Shown here piece by piece: positions 8,881-18,007 of a stretch of DNA of 64,000 nt. The notes under the pieces are model-generated. The model was not told the DNA's origin. It made no database searches and was given only the letters and a program-made list of their open reading frames with translations. The stretch comes from an uncultured Acidobacteriota bacterium. Lineage in GTDB: Bacteria > Acidobacteriota > Vicinamibacteria > Vicinamibacterales > 2-12-FULL-66-21. Each line of letters starts with the position of its first letter. Position 1 is the first letter of the stretch. The position numbers were made by a program, and so were the translations under genes. Location of the stretch: NCBI GenBank assembly GCA_963810305.1, contig CAWEMY010000011.1, forward strand, positions 200,912 to 264,911, read 5' to 3'.

Positions 8881-9667
8881 CGCCGAGTTCGCGCTGTCGA
8901 TCGCGTTTCGAGCGTCGATTGCCGCGCTCACGATTGGGTTCCTCGAACAACTGAGCGTCTTCGAACGCGCGTTCGGCCCGCGCGGCCCCTTCTCGCCAGC
9001 GATGGCGGAAGTCTTCGGTCGCAAAGGGGCAGCTCAGTCGTCGTTCAACGGAGCCGTTCGTGCCGTGCTCGCGATCGGAATCCTATTCGGCTTGGCGGCA
9101 GTAGTGGCTGGTCCCTACCCGGCCGTCGGCCGGTTGAGCGGCACAGCAGTGCTGATCTGCCTCGTCCTCTCGCGGTGGCGGCGAGTGATGGCGAGCGACG
9201 GCGCCGAGCAGATGGCTGTCCTCACGCTGCTCGCGGCGTGCCTTGCGGTACTCCCAGGCGTGAATGAGAACGCCACCAGAGTTGCGGTGTGGTTCATCGC
9301 CGGTCAGGCGATCCTGAGCTACGTCACGGCCGGGGTGGCGAAAGCCGTCTCGCCAACGTGGATGCGGGGCGACGCGATTCCTCTCATCATGAGCTCCGAA
9401 TCTCACGGGCAACCGTGGATGGCGTCGCTCCTCCGCTCGTACCCGGCCATAGGCACACTGCTCACGCGCTCCGTGGTCGTCTTCGAATGCGCATTTCCGT
9501 TGATTCTCATCGGGCCGTCCGAGCTGGCGATGGGGCTCCTCGCGATCGGCTTCTCGCTTCATCTCGGATGCGCCGTCACGATGGGGCTCAACGCGTTTCT
9601 TCTGGCGTTTCCGGGAGCGTACGTCTGCGTCGCCTACGTCGCGCAGACGACCTCGCCGTTCTGGTAG
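8816..9667 (+). CDS. Polytopic membrane protein, possibly HTTM-like (start uncertain)
   Basis: Six to eight hydrophobic segments. The N-terminal region (FLEQLSVFERAFGPRGPF) resembles the beginning of HTTM domains. This family call is from memory only. Confidence 0.5.
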   Translation: MDMVPRGRFKPSSCRASTSLLSAEFALSIAFRASIAALTIGFLEQLSVFERAFGPRGPFSPAMAEVFGRKGAAQSSFNGAVRAVLAIGILFGLAAVVAGPYPAVGRLSGTAVLICLVLSRWRRVMASDGAEQMAVLTLLAACLAVLPGVNENATRVAVWFIAGQAILSYVTAGVAKAVSPTWMRGDAIPLIMSSESHGQPWMASLLRSYPAIGTLLTRSVVVFECAFPLILIGPSELAMGLLAIGFSLHLGCAVTMGLNAFLLAFPGAYVCVAYVAQTTSPFW

Positions 9668-9711
9668 GCCAGTCCCTGGACGATTTTCTTGATCAGCTCC
9701 GTGGGCTGTAA

Positions 9712-10197
9712 TTACTTGCCTGGCTGAGCGCTCCGCCGCGGACGCTGTTTCGCTGAAATTGACTTGATCACCATCCGCCGCCGGCCGGCAGGATCGATCG
9801 GAACGTCGGCCAGACGGAGCGCGTGCGCGATCAGCGCGCGAATCTCGGGCTTGTCGAGATCCTTCGCCGACACCAGGCGGACGTGTCGGACGACGTTGCC
9901 GCTTCCTTTCAGCAACTTGGCGGGATCGGCGATCTCGGGGCCGTTCTGGATGAAACACAGTGTCACCCAGCGTGGAAACACGGCGAGCGATACGATTGCC
10001 TCCGACGCGCGCTCAGTCGGACCGAAGCCGATGACGAGCGCGTTGTAGTTGTCGTAGACCATTTCGACGGCGCCCGGCACGAGCCGTCTCATACGGGTGA
10101 GCGCGCTTCGCGCGTCGACGGCAACACCGGGCGAGAATTTCGACAGGAACGCTTTGAGCTGTTCTGCGGGTTGCGCCGTTGTGCGGGTCGCCGGCAT
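9712..10197 (-). CDS. DUF1801 (YdhG-like) domain protein
   Basis: 161 aa. AEQLKAFLSKFSPGVAVDARSALTRMRRLVPGAVEMVYDNYNALVIGFG pattern. Confidence 0.75.
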   Translation of the reverse strand: MPATRTTAQPAEQLKAFLSKFSPGVAVDARSALTRMRRLVPGAVEMVYDNYNALVIGFGPTERASEAIVSLAVFPRWVTLCFIQNGPEIADPAKLLKGSGNVVRHVRLVSAKDLDKPEIRALIAHALRLADVPIDPAGRRRMVIKSISAKQRPRRSAQPGK

Positions 10198-10216
10198 TGT
10201 GAAAGGTTACGCCAGA

Positions 10217-10609
10217 ATGTCTATCCGGATCGTCCGGCTCGGCTCTCCGCGCGCCGCAGGCGAAGGCCCGCGGCTTGGAACCGTCCGCCGGCCGCCGCGT
10301 GGGGTGAAGAAGACCGAATACGCGAAACGCGATTTCTTCGATGTGTGGCTGCCGGAGCTTGCGCCGTCCGCGGCGTTGTTCTCAGGGGCGCGAGGTCAGC
10401 CCTGGACGCCGGACCGCTGGCGACAGTTCGCGAAGCGCTACCGGAAGGAGATGGGAGAGCCGGCGGCGCGACATCTCCTCGAAACACTAGCCGCGTTGTC
10501 GCGTCAGTCGAGTTTCTCGATGGGTTGCTATTGCGAGGAGGAAGCGCACTGCCATCGCAGCCTGCTGCGGGAGGTGCTCGAGGAAGCCGGAGCGTCAATC
10601 ATCCCGTGA
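10217..10609 (+). CDS. DUF488 domain protein
   Basis: Internal ATG at 10217. RLGTVRRPPRGVKK...DVWLPELAPS...MGCYCEEEAHCHRSLL is characteristic of DUF488. Confidence 0.8.
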   Translation: MSIRIVRLGSPRAAGEGPRLGTVRRPPRGVKKTEYAKRDFFDVWLPELAPSAALFSGARGQPWTPDRWRQFAKRYRKEMGEPAARHLLETLAALSRQSSFSMGCYCEEEAHCHRSLLREVLEEAGASIIP

Positions 10610-11333
10610 GCGCGCGCCGCTCGATGGCGCCCAGCCACATCCGCCTGATGATCGCGCTGCCGGGATAGATCAGCCGCCAATAGACTGCGAAGCGTCGTCG
10701 GGCCTCTGGGCTGTTCGCGAACACACGTGTTTCGGTTGAAACGACGGATGCGTGCGGCCCGTCGGGTGTCACCCGGAAGTTCATCGTCGCCAGCGCGAAT
10801 CCCGGTGGCAGCATCCGCTGAAAGACGTCAGGCGTCAGCCGCCCGCGGGTGCCGGCCGGGGCGACCAGCACCGTGCCGATGACCAGCTCCTGAGGCGCGT
10901 CATCGGCAAGGCGCACGAAACCGGTTCGTGTGGCCACGTCGATGATCGACTCAGTAGATCCGGCGTTGAGAAGGCTCGTGGGCGCCGGTCGTCCGCCGCG
11001 GCGGATCCAGGTCAGCGTGTGGAACAACCGGATCTCGTCAGCGCGCACCTTCATGATGGCTTCGAACACGCGCGCAGGTGGTGCGGCAACCCGCAGCGTG
11101 TGCACCTCATGGAACTGCCAGACGGGGGCGAACTCATCGATGCGCGTCGAGCCGGTTGTCCGCGATTCGAATGTCGGCGCCATCAGGGCGCCCATCGCTG
11201 CCAGGAGCGCGACGGCGGCGAGCCCGAGCGCCCGACGCCGCGTCACGCGTATCCGGGCGATCGGCTTGACAACGAGTGCCAAAGCTACCAGAAGCGCCAG
11301 GCCGCCGGTGTAGACGAAGAGGGAGGCGAACAT
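10599..11333 (-). CDS. Membrane-anchored hypothetical protein (SRPBCC-like fold suspected)
   Basis: The ATG at 11333 gives two N-terminal TM helices followed by a soluble domain. The upstream part of the 437-aa ORF is antisense to the next gene. Confidence 0.55.
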   Translation of the reverse strand: MFASLFVYTGGLALLVALALVVKPIARIRVTRRRALGLAAVALLAAMGALMAPTFESRTTGSTRIDEFAPVWQFHEVHTLRVAAPPARVFEAIMKVRADEIRLFHTLTWIRRGGRPAPTSLLNAGSTESIIDVATRTGFVRLADDAPQELVIGTVLVAPAGTRGRLTPDVFQRMLPPGFALATMNFRVTPDGPHASVVSTETRVFANSPEARRRFAVYWRLIYPGSAIIRRMWLGAIERRALTG

Positions 11334-11357
11334 GTGGGACTCTTTCTGGTATAACGC

Positions 11358-11996
11358 GTGGGTTCTCGTAGTGTGACAGAGGGGGTGAGTGTGCTGCGTC
11401 GATGGTTTGGGCCGAGCAAGAAAGAGATCTGGCGGCAGTTGAGCGAGGAGATCAACGCGCGGTTCATCGAAGGCGGCGCGTGGAAGACCGACAAAATCGA
11501 AGCGACGCACCATCAGTGGATCGTCACACTCGACACCTATGCCGTCTCGACGGGCAAGACCGTCATCGTCTTCACCCGCATGCGGGCGCCGTATGTCAAC
11601 CCCGATGGCTTCCGCTTCACGATCTACCGCCGGGGCTTCTTTTCCGGTCTCGGGAAGAGGCTTGGCATGCAGGACGTCGAAATAGGGCTCGAGGAGTTCG
11701 ACAACGAATTCATCATCAAAGGGAACGACGAAAGCAAGCTGCGGCAGCTGTTCGCAAATCCGAAGATCCGCGAGCTGATTGAAGGCCAGAAGGACATCAA
11801 CTTTTCGGTCAAGGACGATGAGGGATGGTTCGGCCCGACGTTTCCGGACGGGGTCGACGAACTGACGTTCGTCGTCGCCGGTGTCATCAAGGACATCGAA
11901 CGCCTGAAGCACCTGTACGAGTTGTTCTCGACCACGCTCGACGAGCTATGCCGGATGGGGTCAGCCTATCAAACCGACCCCGGCGTCAAAGTGTGA
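11358..11996 (+). CDS. Hypothetical protein (alternative GTG start at 11391 behind GGGGGTGAG)
   Basis: 212-aa ORF with balanced, protein-like composition (KGNDESKLRQLFANPKIRELIEGQKD). No family recognised. Confidence 0.6.
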   Translation: MGSRSVTEGVSVLRRWFGPSKKEIWRQLSEEINARFIEGGAWKTDKIEATHHQWIVTLDTYAVSTGKTVIVFTRMRAPYVNPDGFRFTIYRRGFFSGLGKRLGMQDVEIGLEEFDNEFIIKGNDESKLRQLFANPKIRELIEGQKDINFSVKDDEGWFGPTFPDGVDELTFVVAGVIKDIERLKHLYELFSTTLDELCRMGSAYQTDPGVKV

Positions 11997-11999
11997 GCG

Positions 12000-12896
12000 C
12001 TATCGCCAGTAGCCCCGTCGCGCCGTGACATCTCCGCGGCGGTTCTTCAGCTTCACTTCGAGCGGATGCCACCCCCCGGGCGGTACTTTCCTCGGCGAAT
12101 AGGTGAGGAGGTAGCGACTCTTGAAATCCGCGACGATCTTGGCGAACGTGGTTGTCAGCTCGGCCCCTCCCTTGACCTGCAGTCGCTCCCCGCCTGTCCG
12201 GTCGGCGAGATCTCCGAGAAAGTGGCCGGGGAACAGCTCGGGCTCGTCTTTGTAAAGGCTCTGCTCAGTATCATCAGGCGATGGGTGCGTCGACACGGTG
12301 TAGATCACCATGTCGCTGCGGAGCGCCGCTTCGATGACCGTGGTCGTGTCGAGCCAGCTCACCGTGTCCAAGCCATCGGTGAATACCAGCAGGATCACGC
12401 GGCCGGGCGCCTGCTCGCGCAGCACGGTGGCGGCAAACACGGCGTCGCGCAGTGCTGTCGATCCCTCGGCTCTCATTCGATCGATGGCGGCGATGATCCC
12501 CTGGCGATCACGGGTGATGGTTGCCGGCCGGTCGATCCTCTGCGAAAACGTCAGCAACGCGGCGCTGTCGTCGTCACGAAGTGCCTGCACCGCGGCGCGT
12601 GCCGCCGTTTTCAACTGGTCAAGCATCCGCCCCTTGACGCTGCTGCTGACGTCCAGTGCGAGAAACAGGGTCACGGGTACGTCTTCGACCGCAACCGCCT
12701 CGATCTGCTGGACCACCTTGCTGTCGCGCAGCTCGAAGTCGGCGGCGGTGAGACCGACGACCGGACGGCTTCCCTGCCGCACCTGCACATCGACACGAAC
12801 TGCGTCCGCAGTGGAGCGGAATCGGGCCGGCGACTGCTCCTGTGGTTCGAGACAGGTGAGCGCCGCGAGGAGGGAGAGAACGGCCAGCCGCGTCAC
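12000..12896 (-). CDS. VWFA-related acidobacterial-domain protein
   Basis: vWA MIDAS-like DVSSS, then GSTALRDA and TDGLDTVS, with a C-terminal HPLEVKLKNRRGDVTARRGYWR motif. The GTG at 12896 overlaps the upstream TGA (GTGA). Confidence 0.8.
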   Translation of the reverse strand: MTRLAVLSLLAALTCLEPQEQSPARFRSTADAVRVDVQVRQGSRPVVGLTAADFELRDSKVVQQIEAVAVEDVPVTLFLALDVSSSVKGRMLDQLKTAARAAVQALRDDDSAALLTFSQRIDRPATITRDRQGIIAAIDRMRAEGSTALRDAVFAATVLREQAPGRVILLVFTDGLDTVSWLDTTTVIEAALRSDMVIYTVSTHPSPDDTEQSLYKDEPELFPGHFLGDLADRTGGERLQVKGGAELTTTFAKIVADFKSRYLLTYSPRKVPPGGWHPLEVKLKNRRGDVTARRGYWR

Positions 12897-14074
12897 TTCC
12901 GCGCCTCCTCCCTGAGCGCCTTGAGCAGTTCCTCGGGCAGCCAGTACTGCCCGTAGCGGTATCCCCACCACGGATCCTCGACGCCGAGTAGCGCGGCGCG
13001 TTCGACGTAACCCGCCGCTTCGCGTGCGTCGCCGCGACGCTGCGCGTTGTGGGCTCGGGCAATCAGCGAGCTTTGGTGTGTCGCCGTCTCGGCGAGCAGC
13101 GCAGCTGCGTCAGCCAATCGATTCTGACGGTCGCGGATCCGGGCGAGAAACAGCCTGGCGAGATAGCGCTCGCGTGCGTCGAGGGAGCGCGCGATCAGCT
13201 TTTCGAAGAGCTCAGCCGCCGCTCCGTCATCCTTCTGCTGCATGCGAACCTGAGCCAGCCGAAGGATCCCCTCAATGTTCGACGAATCGAGGCGCAGCGC
13301 CCGTTCGAGGTACTCGCGCGCGCGCTCGAGCATCTGCTTGCGAGCGAACCGCGCCGAACTGAGCTGCCGGACAGTCCACGAGAGCGTGCCGCCCGGTTCA
13401 ATTCGTCGGGCTCCTACTTCCGGACCGAGCGTTCTGAACACCCGCAACAGCGGCTCGCCCGCCAGTGAAGCGAATGTCTCATGGAGGGTCCCGCAGGCGA
13501 CAAACAAGGGGGCATACGTCTGCTTCTCGTGACAATGCGGCGTGAGGATGTGGTACGCATCCGTGAACTCGGCCTGCGCCATCCGCTGCAGTCCGATCGC
13601 CAGGATCCACTGCGCAGCAAAGGGATCTTGCTCGCCTGTGAGTGCAGCCGCGGCTCCAAAGGCATTGGTCGCGAGGGCGAGATGGTGGTCTGCAACACTA
13701 ACCGCGTCTCGATCCATCGGCAGCCCCGGATACATGGAATTCCGCGCCACGAGTGCCGCTTCCATGTGCAGTGCGGCGAGTGAGCGAAGGAGCCGCGGTG
13801 TCCAGGGGACGACATCTGTCGGTCTTGGCGGCCAGCCGGCCGCGATCCTTTCCATCTGGGCGCGAATGGCGCCGACGGCCTTCTCCTGCTCGTCTTTCGC
13901 CATCGACCCAAGCAGCTTCAGGGCCCCGGTGAGATCGCCGGACCGATATCGTTGGGTCGCTTCGTAACTGTGCTGAATCCACTGATCGACGGCGCTCTTG
14001 TTCTGATCGAAGGGGCCAGACCGCGGCGCCGCCGGGACCAGAAGGGCCGTGATCGTGAGCAGAACGACAAGCAT
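12893..14074 (-). CDS. TPR-repeat secreted protein
   Basis: The ATG at 14074 gives a signal peptide (MLVVLLTITALLVPAAP). Helical repeat content with TPR-like AxxYLxRAL segments. Confidence 0.7.
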   Translation of the reverse strand: MLVVLLTITALLVPAAPRSGPFDQNKSAVDQWIQHSYEATQRYRSGDLTGALKLLGSMAKDEQEKAVGAIRAQMERIAAGWPPRPTDVVPWTPRLLRSLAALHMEAALVARNSMYPGLPMDRDAVSVADHHLALATNAFGAAAALTGEQDPFAAQWILAIGLQRMAQAEFTDAYHILTPHCHEKQTYAPLFVACGTLHETFASLAGEPLLRVFRTLGPEVGARRIEPGGTLSWTVRQLSSARFARKQMLERAREYLERALRLDSSNIEGILRLAQVRMQQKDDGAAAELFEKLIARSLDARERYLARLFLARIRDRQNRLADAAALLAETATHQSSLIARAHNAQRRGDAREAAGYVERAALLGVEDPWWGYRYGQYWLPEELLKALREEARK

Positions 14075-14121
14075 GCTCTTATAAGCAGCGTAGCAGACCG
14101 CTGCTGCTAGAGTACCGGCTG

Positions 14122-14565
14122 ATGAAAACCGCGTGGAACGACGCCGACTATCGGGAGCTGTGTACCAGGCTCGATCGGCTGCAGGCGAGTGCATCTCCCA
14201 AATGGGGCCGCATGACCGCGCCGCAGATGCTCTGCCATTGCACTGACGCGCTGCGAATGGTGAGCGGAGCCCTGCCGACGGCACCCAAGAACGCGCCGAT
14301 CCGGTTTCCGCCGCTGAAGCAATTGATCATTTACTGGCTGCCGTGGCCGAAGGGTGTGCCGACCGCGCCGGAGCTGCTGGCGCGAGCGCCTTCCGAGTGG
14401 CACGGAGAGCTGGTAACGCTCCGCGAGGAACTTGCCGCGCTGGTGAAACGCGGACGGTCAGGGCCGTTCGTGCCACACCCCGCATTCGGGCGGCTGACAC
14501 CACGGGCGTGGGGCGTGCTGGTCTACCGGCACCTCGATCACCATCTTCGCCAGTTCGGCGTTTAG
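14122..14565 (+). CDS. DUF1569 (DinB-like) protein
   Basis: 147 aa. WGRMTAPQMLCHCTDALR...HPAFGRLTPRAWGVLVYRHLDHHLRQFG pattern. Confidence 0.75.
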   Translation: MKTAWNDADYRELCTRLDRLQASASPKWGRMTAPQMLCHCTDALRMVSGALPTAPKNAPIRFPPLKQLIIYWLPWPKGVPTAPELLARAPSEWHGELVTLREELAALVKRGRSGPFVPHPAFGRLTPRAWGVLVYRHLDHHLRQFGV

Positions 14566-14566
14566 C

Positions 14567-14704
14567 ACGTGCGACGTGCGGTGCCGGGTGCCAGGTGCGA
14601 CGTGCGATGTGCCACGTGCGGACGTGCGAACGTGCCAGGTGCGAACGTGCGCCTGGCGCACCCCGCATCCCGCGCCCCGCGCCCTGCGCCCCGCGCCCCG
14701 CGCG
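14567..14704. repeat. Composite heptamer array: NACGTGC-type (14567-14652) abutting a C-run type (14660-14704, G-quadruplex-type on the - strand)
   Basis: Read directly. It fills the whole gap between two convergent stop codons. Confidence 0.9.
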
Positions 14705-15340
14705 CTACGCTACGTGCAAGGCGATCACGAGAACCGGCCAGCAGACGAACGCAGCCAGAGAAAGACCGTACGGGCGGGGGATCGGAAGTGGCAGCACCAT
14801 CGCTACCGCTGTCGTCGTGAAGACGGCGATGGACGCGGCTGTGCCTGGGTTCAGCAGCAGAACAGTTGCCCAGACCAGTGCCGCGACGGGCGCGGGCAGG
14901 CCAATGAATCCGTCAGTCTGCTGGTGCGAAACGTTGTAGAACGCGAGTCTGCTGACGGCGCACGCGACGAAGAAGAACACCGACATCCACCAGAGAACTT
15001 CCAGGCCGGCTGACCTGTCCGCCGAAGCCTGGGCGAAGGCGGAAGCCGGCCTCCACCGCAACAGCAGCATGCACATGGCCGGTGCGACACCGAACGAAAC
15101 GGCATCGACAAGGCTGTCGAGTTGCTCGCCGATGGCGCGCTGATCCTCATCGCGCGCGAACAGCCGCGCGAAACGGCCGTCGAAGGTATCGAGAATGACG
15201 GCGACAGCGATCAGTGCGCCGGCGAGGCCGGGCGACCGCTGGCCGGCGAAGGCGATTGCCCCGAGAGCTGCCAGCAATGACGCATAGGTCAGCAGGTTGC
15301 CGGGATGAAAGCAACGCAGTGGAGAAGCGGACGCCGTCAT
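14705..15340 (-). CDS. CDP-alcohol phosphatidyltransferase (PssA/PgsA-like)
   Basis: DTFDGRFARLF...GEQLDSLVDAVSFG matches the D-x2-DG-x2-AR...G-x3-D-x3-D signature. Polytopic membrane protein. The ATG overlaps the upstream TGA (ATGA at 15337-15340). Confidence 0.85.
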   Translation of the reverse strand: MTASASPLRCFHPGNLLTYASLLAALGAIAFAGQRSPGLAGALIAVAVILDTFDGRFARLFARDEDQRAIGEQLDSLVDAVSFGVAPAMCMLLLRWRPASAFAQASADRSAGLEVLWWMSVFFFVACAVSRLAFYNVSHQQTDGFIGLPAPVAALVWATVLLLNPGTAASIAVFTTTAVAMVLPLPIPRPYGLSLAAFVCWPVLVIALHVA

Positions 15341-18007
15341 GCGGCGCGCTCCAGCGGAAACATCTGATACAGCGTTCGCCAGGTTCGGAGGACGCGCGGC
15401 AGGAACGCCTGGCTACGTACCCGATGGACGACCGCGTACATCGACAGCCGATTGATCAGCAGATCGTATAGAGCACTGCGAAATCCCTCGAGCCACACCG
15501 TTCGGTCAATCACGCCCCCGTGCTGCCGCTCCAGCGCGGTGCGATGTCGATCGATCCACGGAGCGACCCCTTCCAGCGTCGTATCGGCCGGCAGAACGAA
15601 GCAAAGAAACTCCGCGAGGTCACGCTGCGGCGCTCCGATTGTCGCAAGCTCCCAATCGTAGGCGCACAAGCGTCGCATCGCTGCCGCGCAGGCACACGTT
15701 GCGCGGATTGAAATCGTTGTGGATCAGCGTGCGCGGGCCACACTCCAGCGCCGGCCACCACTCTTCAACTCGCGTCAGCAGGCGCCGCTGTATGGCGATG
15801 ATGTCCGTGTCGGACCACGAGGAGAACAGCGGTGCGGCATGATCCGCGAGCGCGCTCCAGAGAGGCGACATCTCCGCCATGCCGCTGGTTGACGGAACAG
15901 ATCCGATCCACGGCCTGGCGCGCAACTCCGCCTCACGGCCGATCCAGATGGCGTGAAGCTCCGCGAGTCCATCGACCGCTTTCGCTATTTGCGACGGTCG
16001 CCATGTCGGATGCGCCGAGACGTCCGCCGCGACGACATCGTCGACGTATTCCAGAGCCGCGATCCAGGTGTGCGTTCCTTCGTCGGCGATGGATCCGAGC
16101 AGGGCAGGCGAGTGTCTACGGAAGCGCGGATCCTGTTGACGGTAGATCTCGATTTCCCGCTCATGTGATGCAGCGAATCCAATTCGGTCGCTGAACCGGC
16201 GATATTGCCGGCCGAGGGTTGGATCCACCAGCTCAGCGAGCGCTTCTCCGACCGCGATGACGTCTGTGTCGCGGGCCTTCACCTTCGTCATCACATCCCG
16301 GCGGCGCCCCTCGCCGTCGGTCAGCCGTACGCGGAAGAGCCCGGTCGTTCTTCCAGATCGCCACGCCGTGAGCTCGCTGATGATGCTGTGGTCTGAACCC
16401 GCGCCGAGGATCTCCACTTTCGAGATCGGCGTACGCAGAAGGCGGGAGAAGAAGGCGCGGTCAAGGGTGAGCGGCTCGACGGCGCGTTCAACAGTCGCTC
16501 TTGCATGCGGTGGGTCAGGCAGGTCCCCGGCGGCGCGGAACGCCGCAAAATACTTCTCGAGTAACGGTGCGTCGAGTGCGACGGCGAGGTGTCCCGTCCG
16601 GCGGAGGAGCGCTCGTGTCGCGGCGCCGGTTGCGTGCACACGCCTCCGTTCCTCGTACAACTCGGGTCAGTGTCAGCCCTCCTGTGCCGGCGGGACGTTC
16701 GAGGAAGAACGAGCGGAGCGGACGAAGCGGATGCGCGGCGCTCGTGGTGCTCAACGGCCGTGTCTCGCGCTCGAGCTGACGCAGCCACTCGTGGTACGAC
16801 ACCAGCCGGACGTCGTACCCGTACATCCTCATCCACAGCACGCATTCACGCCAGTGGCGTGGGCGATCGTGGCCGAGATGAAACACAGGTCCGCGCGCGC
16901 GTGACAGGCGGAGAATGGCGGCGGCCACGCGGTCTACCGGCTCGCAATCCAGATTCCAGTCCAGGTCCGGTGCGGTCCCCATCGCCACGCATCCGCGCAC
17001 CAGCGCCGAGATCAGGTCGTCGCGGTTGAACGCTCCATCAACGCTGTGTCCGGAGATCAGCGCCGGCCGATAGATGCGCACCGGAAGCCCACGGCCACCC
17101 GCCTGCCTCACCAGCGCCTCCGCCACGATCTTCGTTTGCGCGTATCCGAGATGCACACCGCGCAGTGCGGGCAGACTGTCGAGCGTCTCGTCCACGACAC
17201 GCGGGCCTTCCGTCGAGTAACACACCGACAGACTCGATATGAAATGGAAGGGAATTCCACGCCGGCACGCCAGCCGCAGAAGCTCCAGAGTCCCCAGGAC
17301 GTTTGCGCTCCTCAAGGCGCTGTATGTGAACACCCAGTTCACCGCCGCCCCGCAGTGAAGGACCGCGTCGACTTCGCTCGCGAGCTGTTCGAATCGTGCG
17401 TCGCTCAGGCCGAGGCGGGAGTGGCTGAGATCTCCCTCGAGCAACTCGATTCGAGGTTGTTGGGCCGGCTGAAGCCGGCCCCTACCGAGACCGGCGTGAT
17501 GGGCCGGCTGAAGCCGGCCCCTACCGGAGTGCGTAGAGGCCGGCTTTAGCCGGCCTGACTTGCGGCCTCACCAGACACACCAGGGTCGCCGACGTCGTCT
17601 CGAGAAGTTCCTGAATCAGCGCCTGACCGAGAAATCCCGTCCCACCGGTGAGCAGGATCTTTCGCGCGGAACGGAGATCCGTCGTTCGTGCGCTCCGTTT
17701 GGACGTACGAACGTCCGCCGGCAGGACGGCGTCGGCGAACATCTGATCGAAGGGATCTTCGTGCGCGCGGGTACGCGATTCCCTCGCGCATCAGACGCGC
17801 CGCCAGCGTCCTGGCGTCCGCGCAATCGGCGAGCACGTCCGCCGGCAGATCGCAACCGAGCTCCGCCTCCAGCGCCGCGGCAAGTTCGATCGTCGCAAGC
17901 GAGTCGAGCCCGAGAAGGTCGAACGGCGTTGCCGGGTCGATTTGCACGTCGGACCGAAGGCACCGTGCGGCCACGGCGGTGATCGTGGATTCGAGTTGTT
18001 CGGTCAT
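15337..18007 (-). pseudogene. ACP - thioester reductase - APH-like phosphotransferase fusion, read in several frames (frameshifts near 17775, 16660 and 15685, plus a REP insertion at 17462-17556). Either a genuine pseudogene or indel errors.
   Basis: ACP motif LGLDSL. Reductase N-terminus ILLTGGTGFLGQALIQELL, then HCGAAVNW and a YAQTK catalytic region. Reductase tail PLRSFFLERP / LYEERRRVHATGA...DAPLLEKYF. It runs without a stop into a kinase-like domain ending HNDFNPRNV / YDWELATIG. Confidence 0.75.
17462..17556. repeat. REP-like elements (family B): two direct copies plus one inverted copy, inside the reductase coding region
   Basis: gggccggctgaagccggcccctacc at 17462-17486 and 17501-17525. 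The inverted copy gtagaggccggctttagccggcct is at 17533-17556. Confidence 0.85.
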
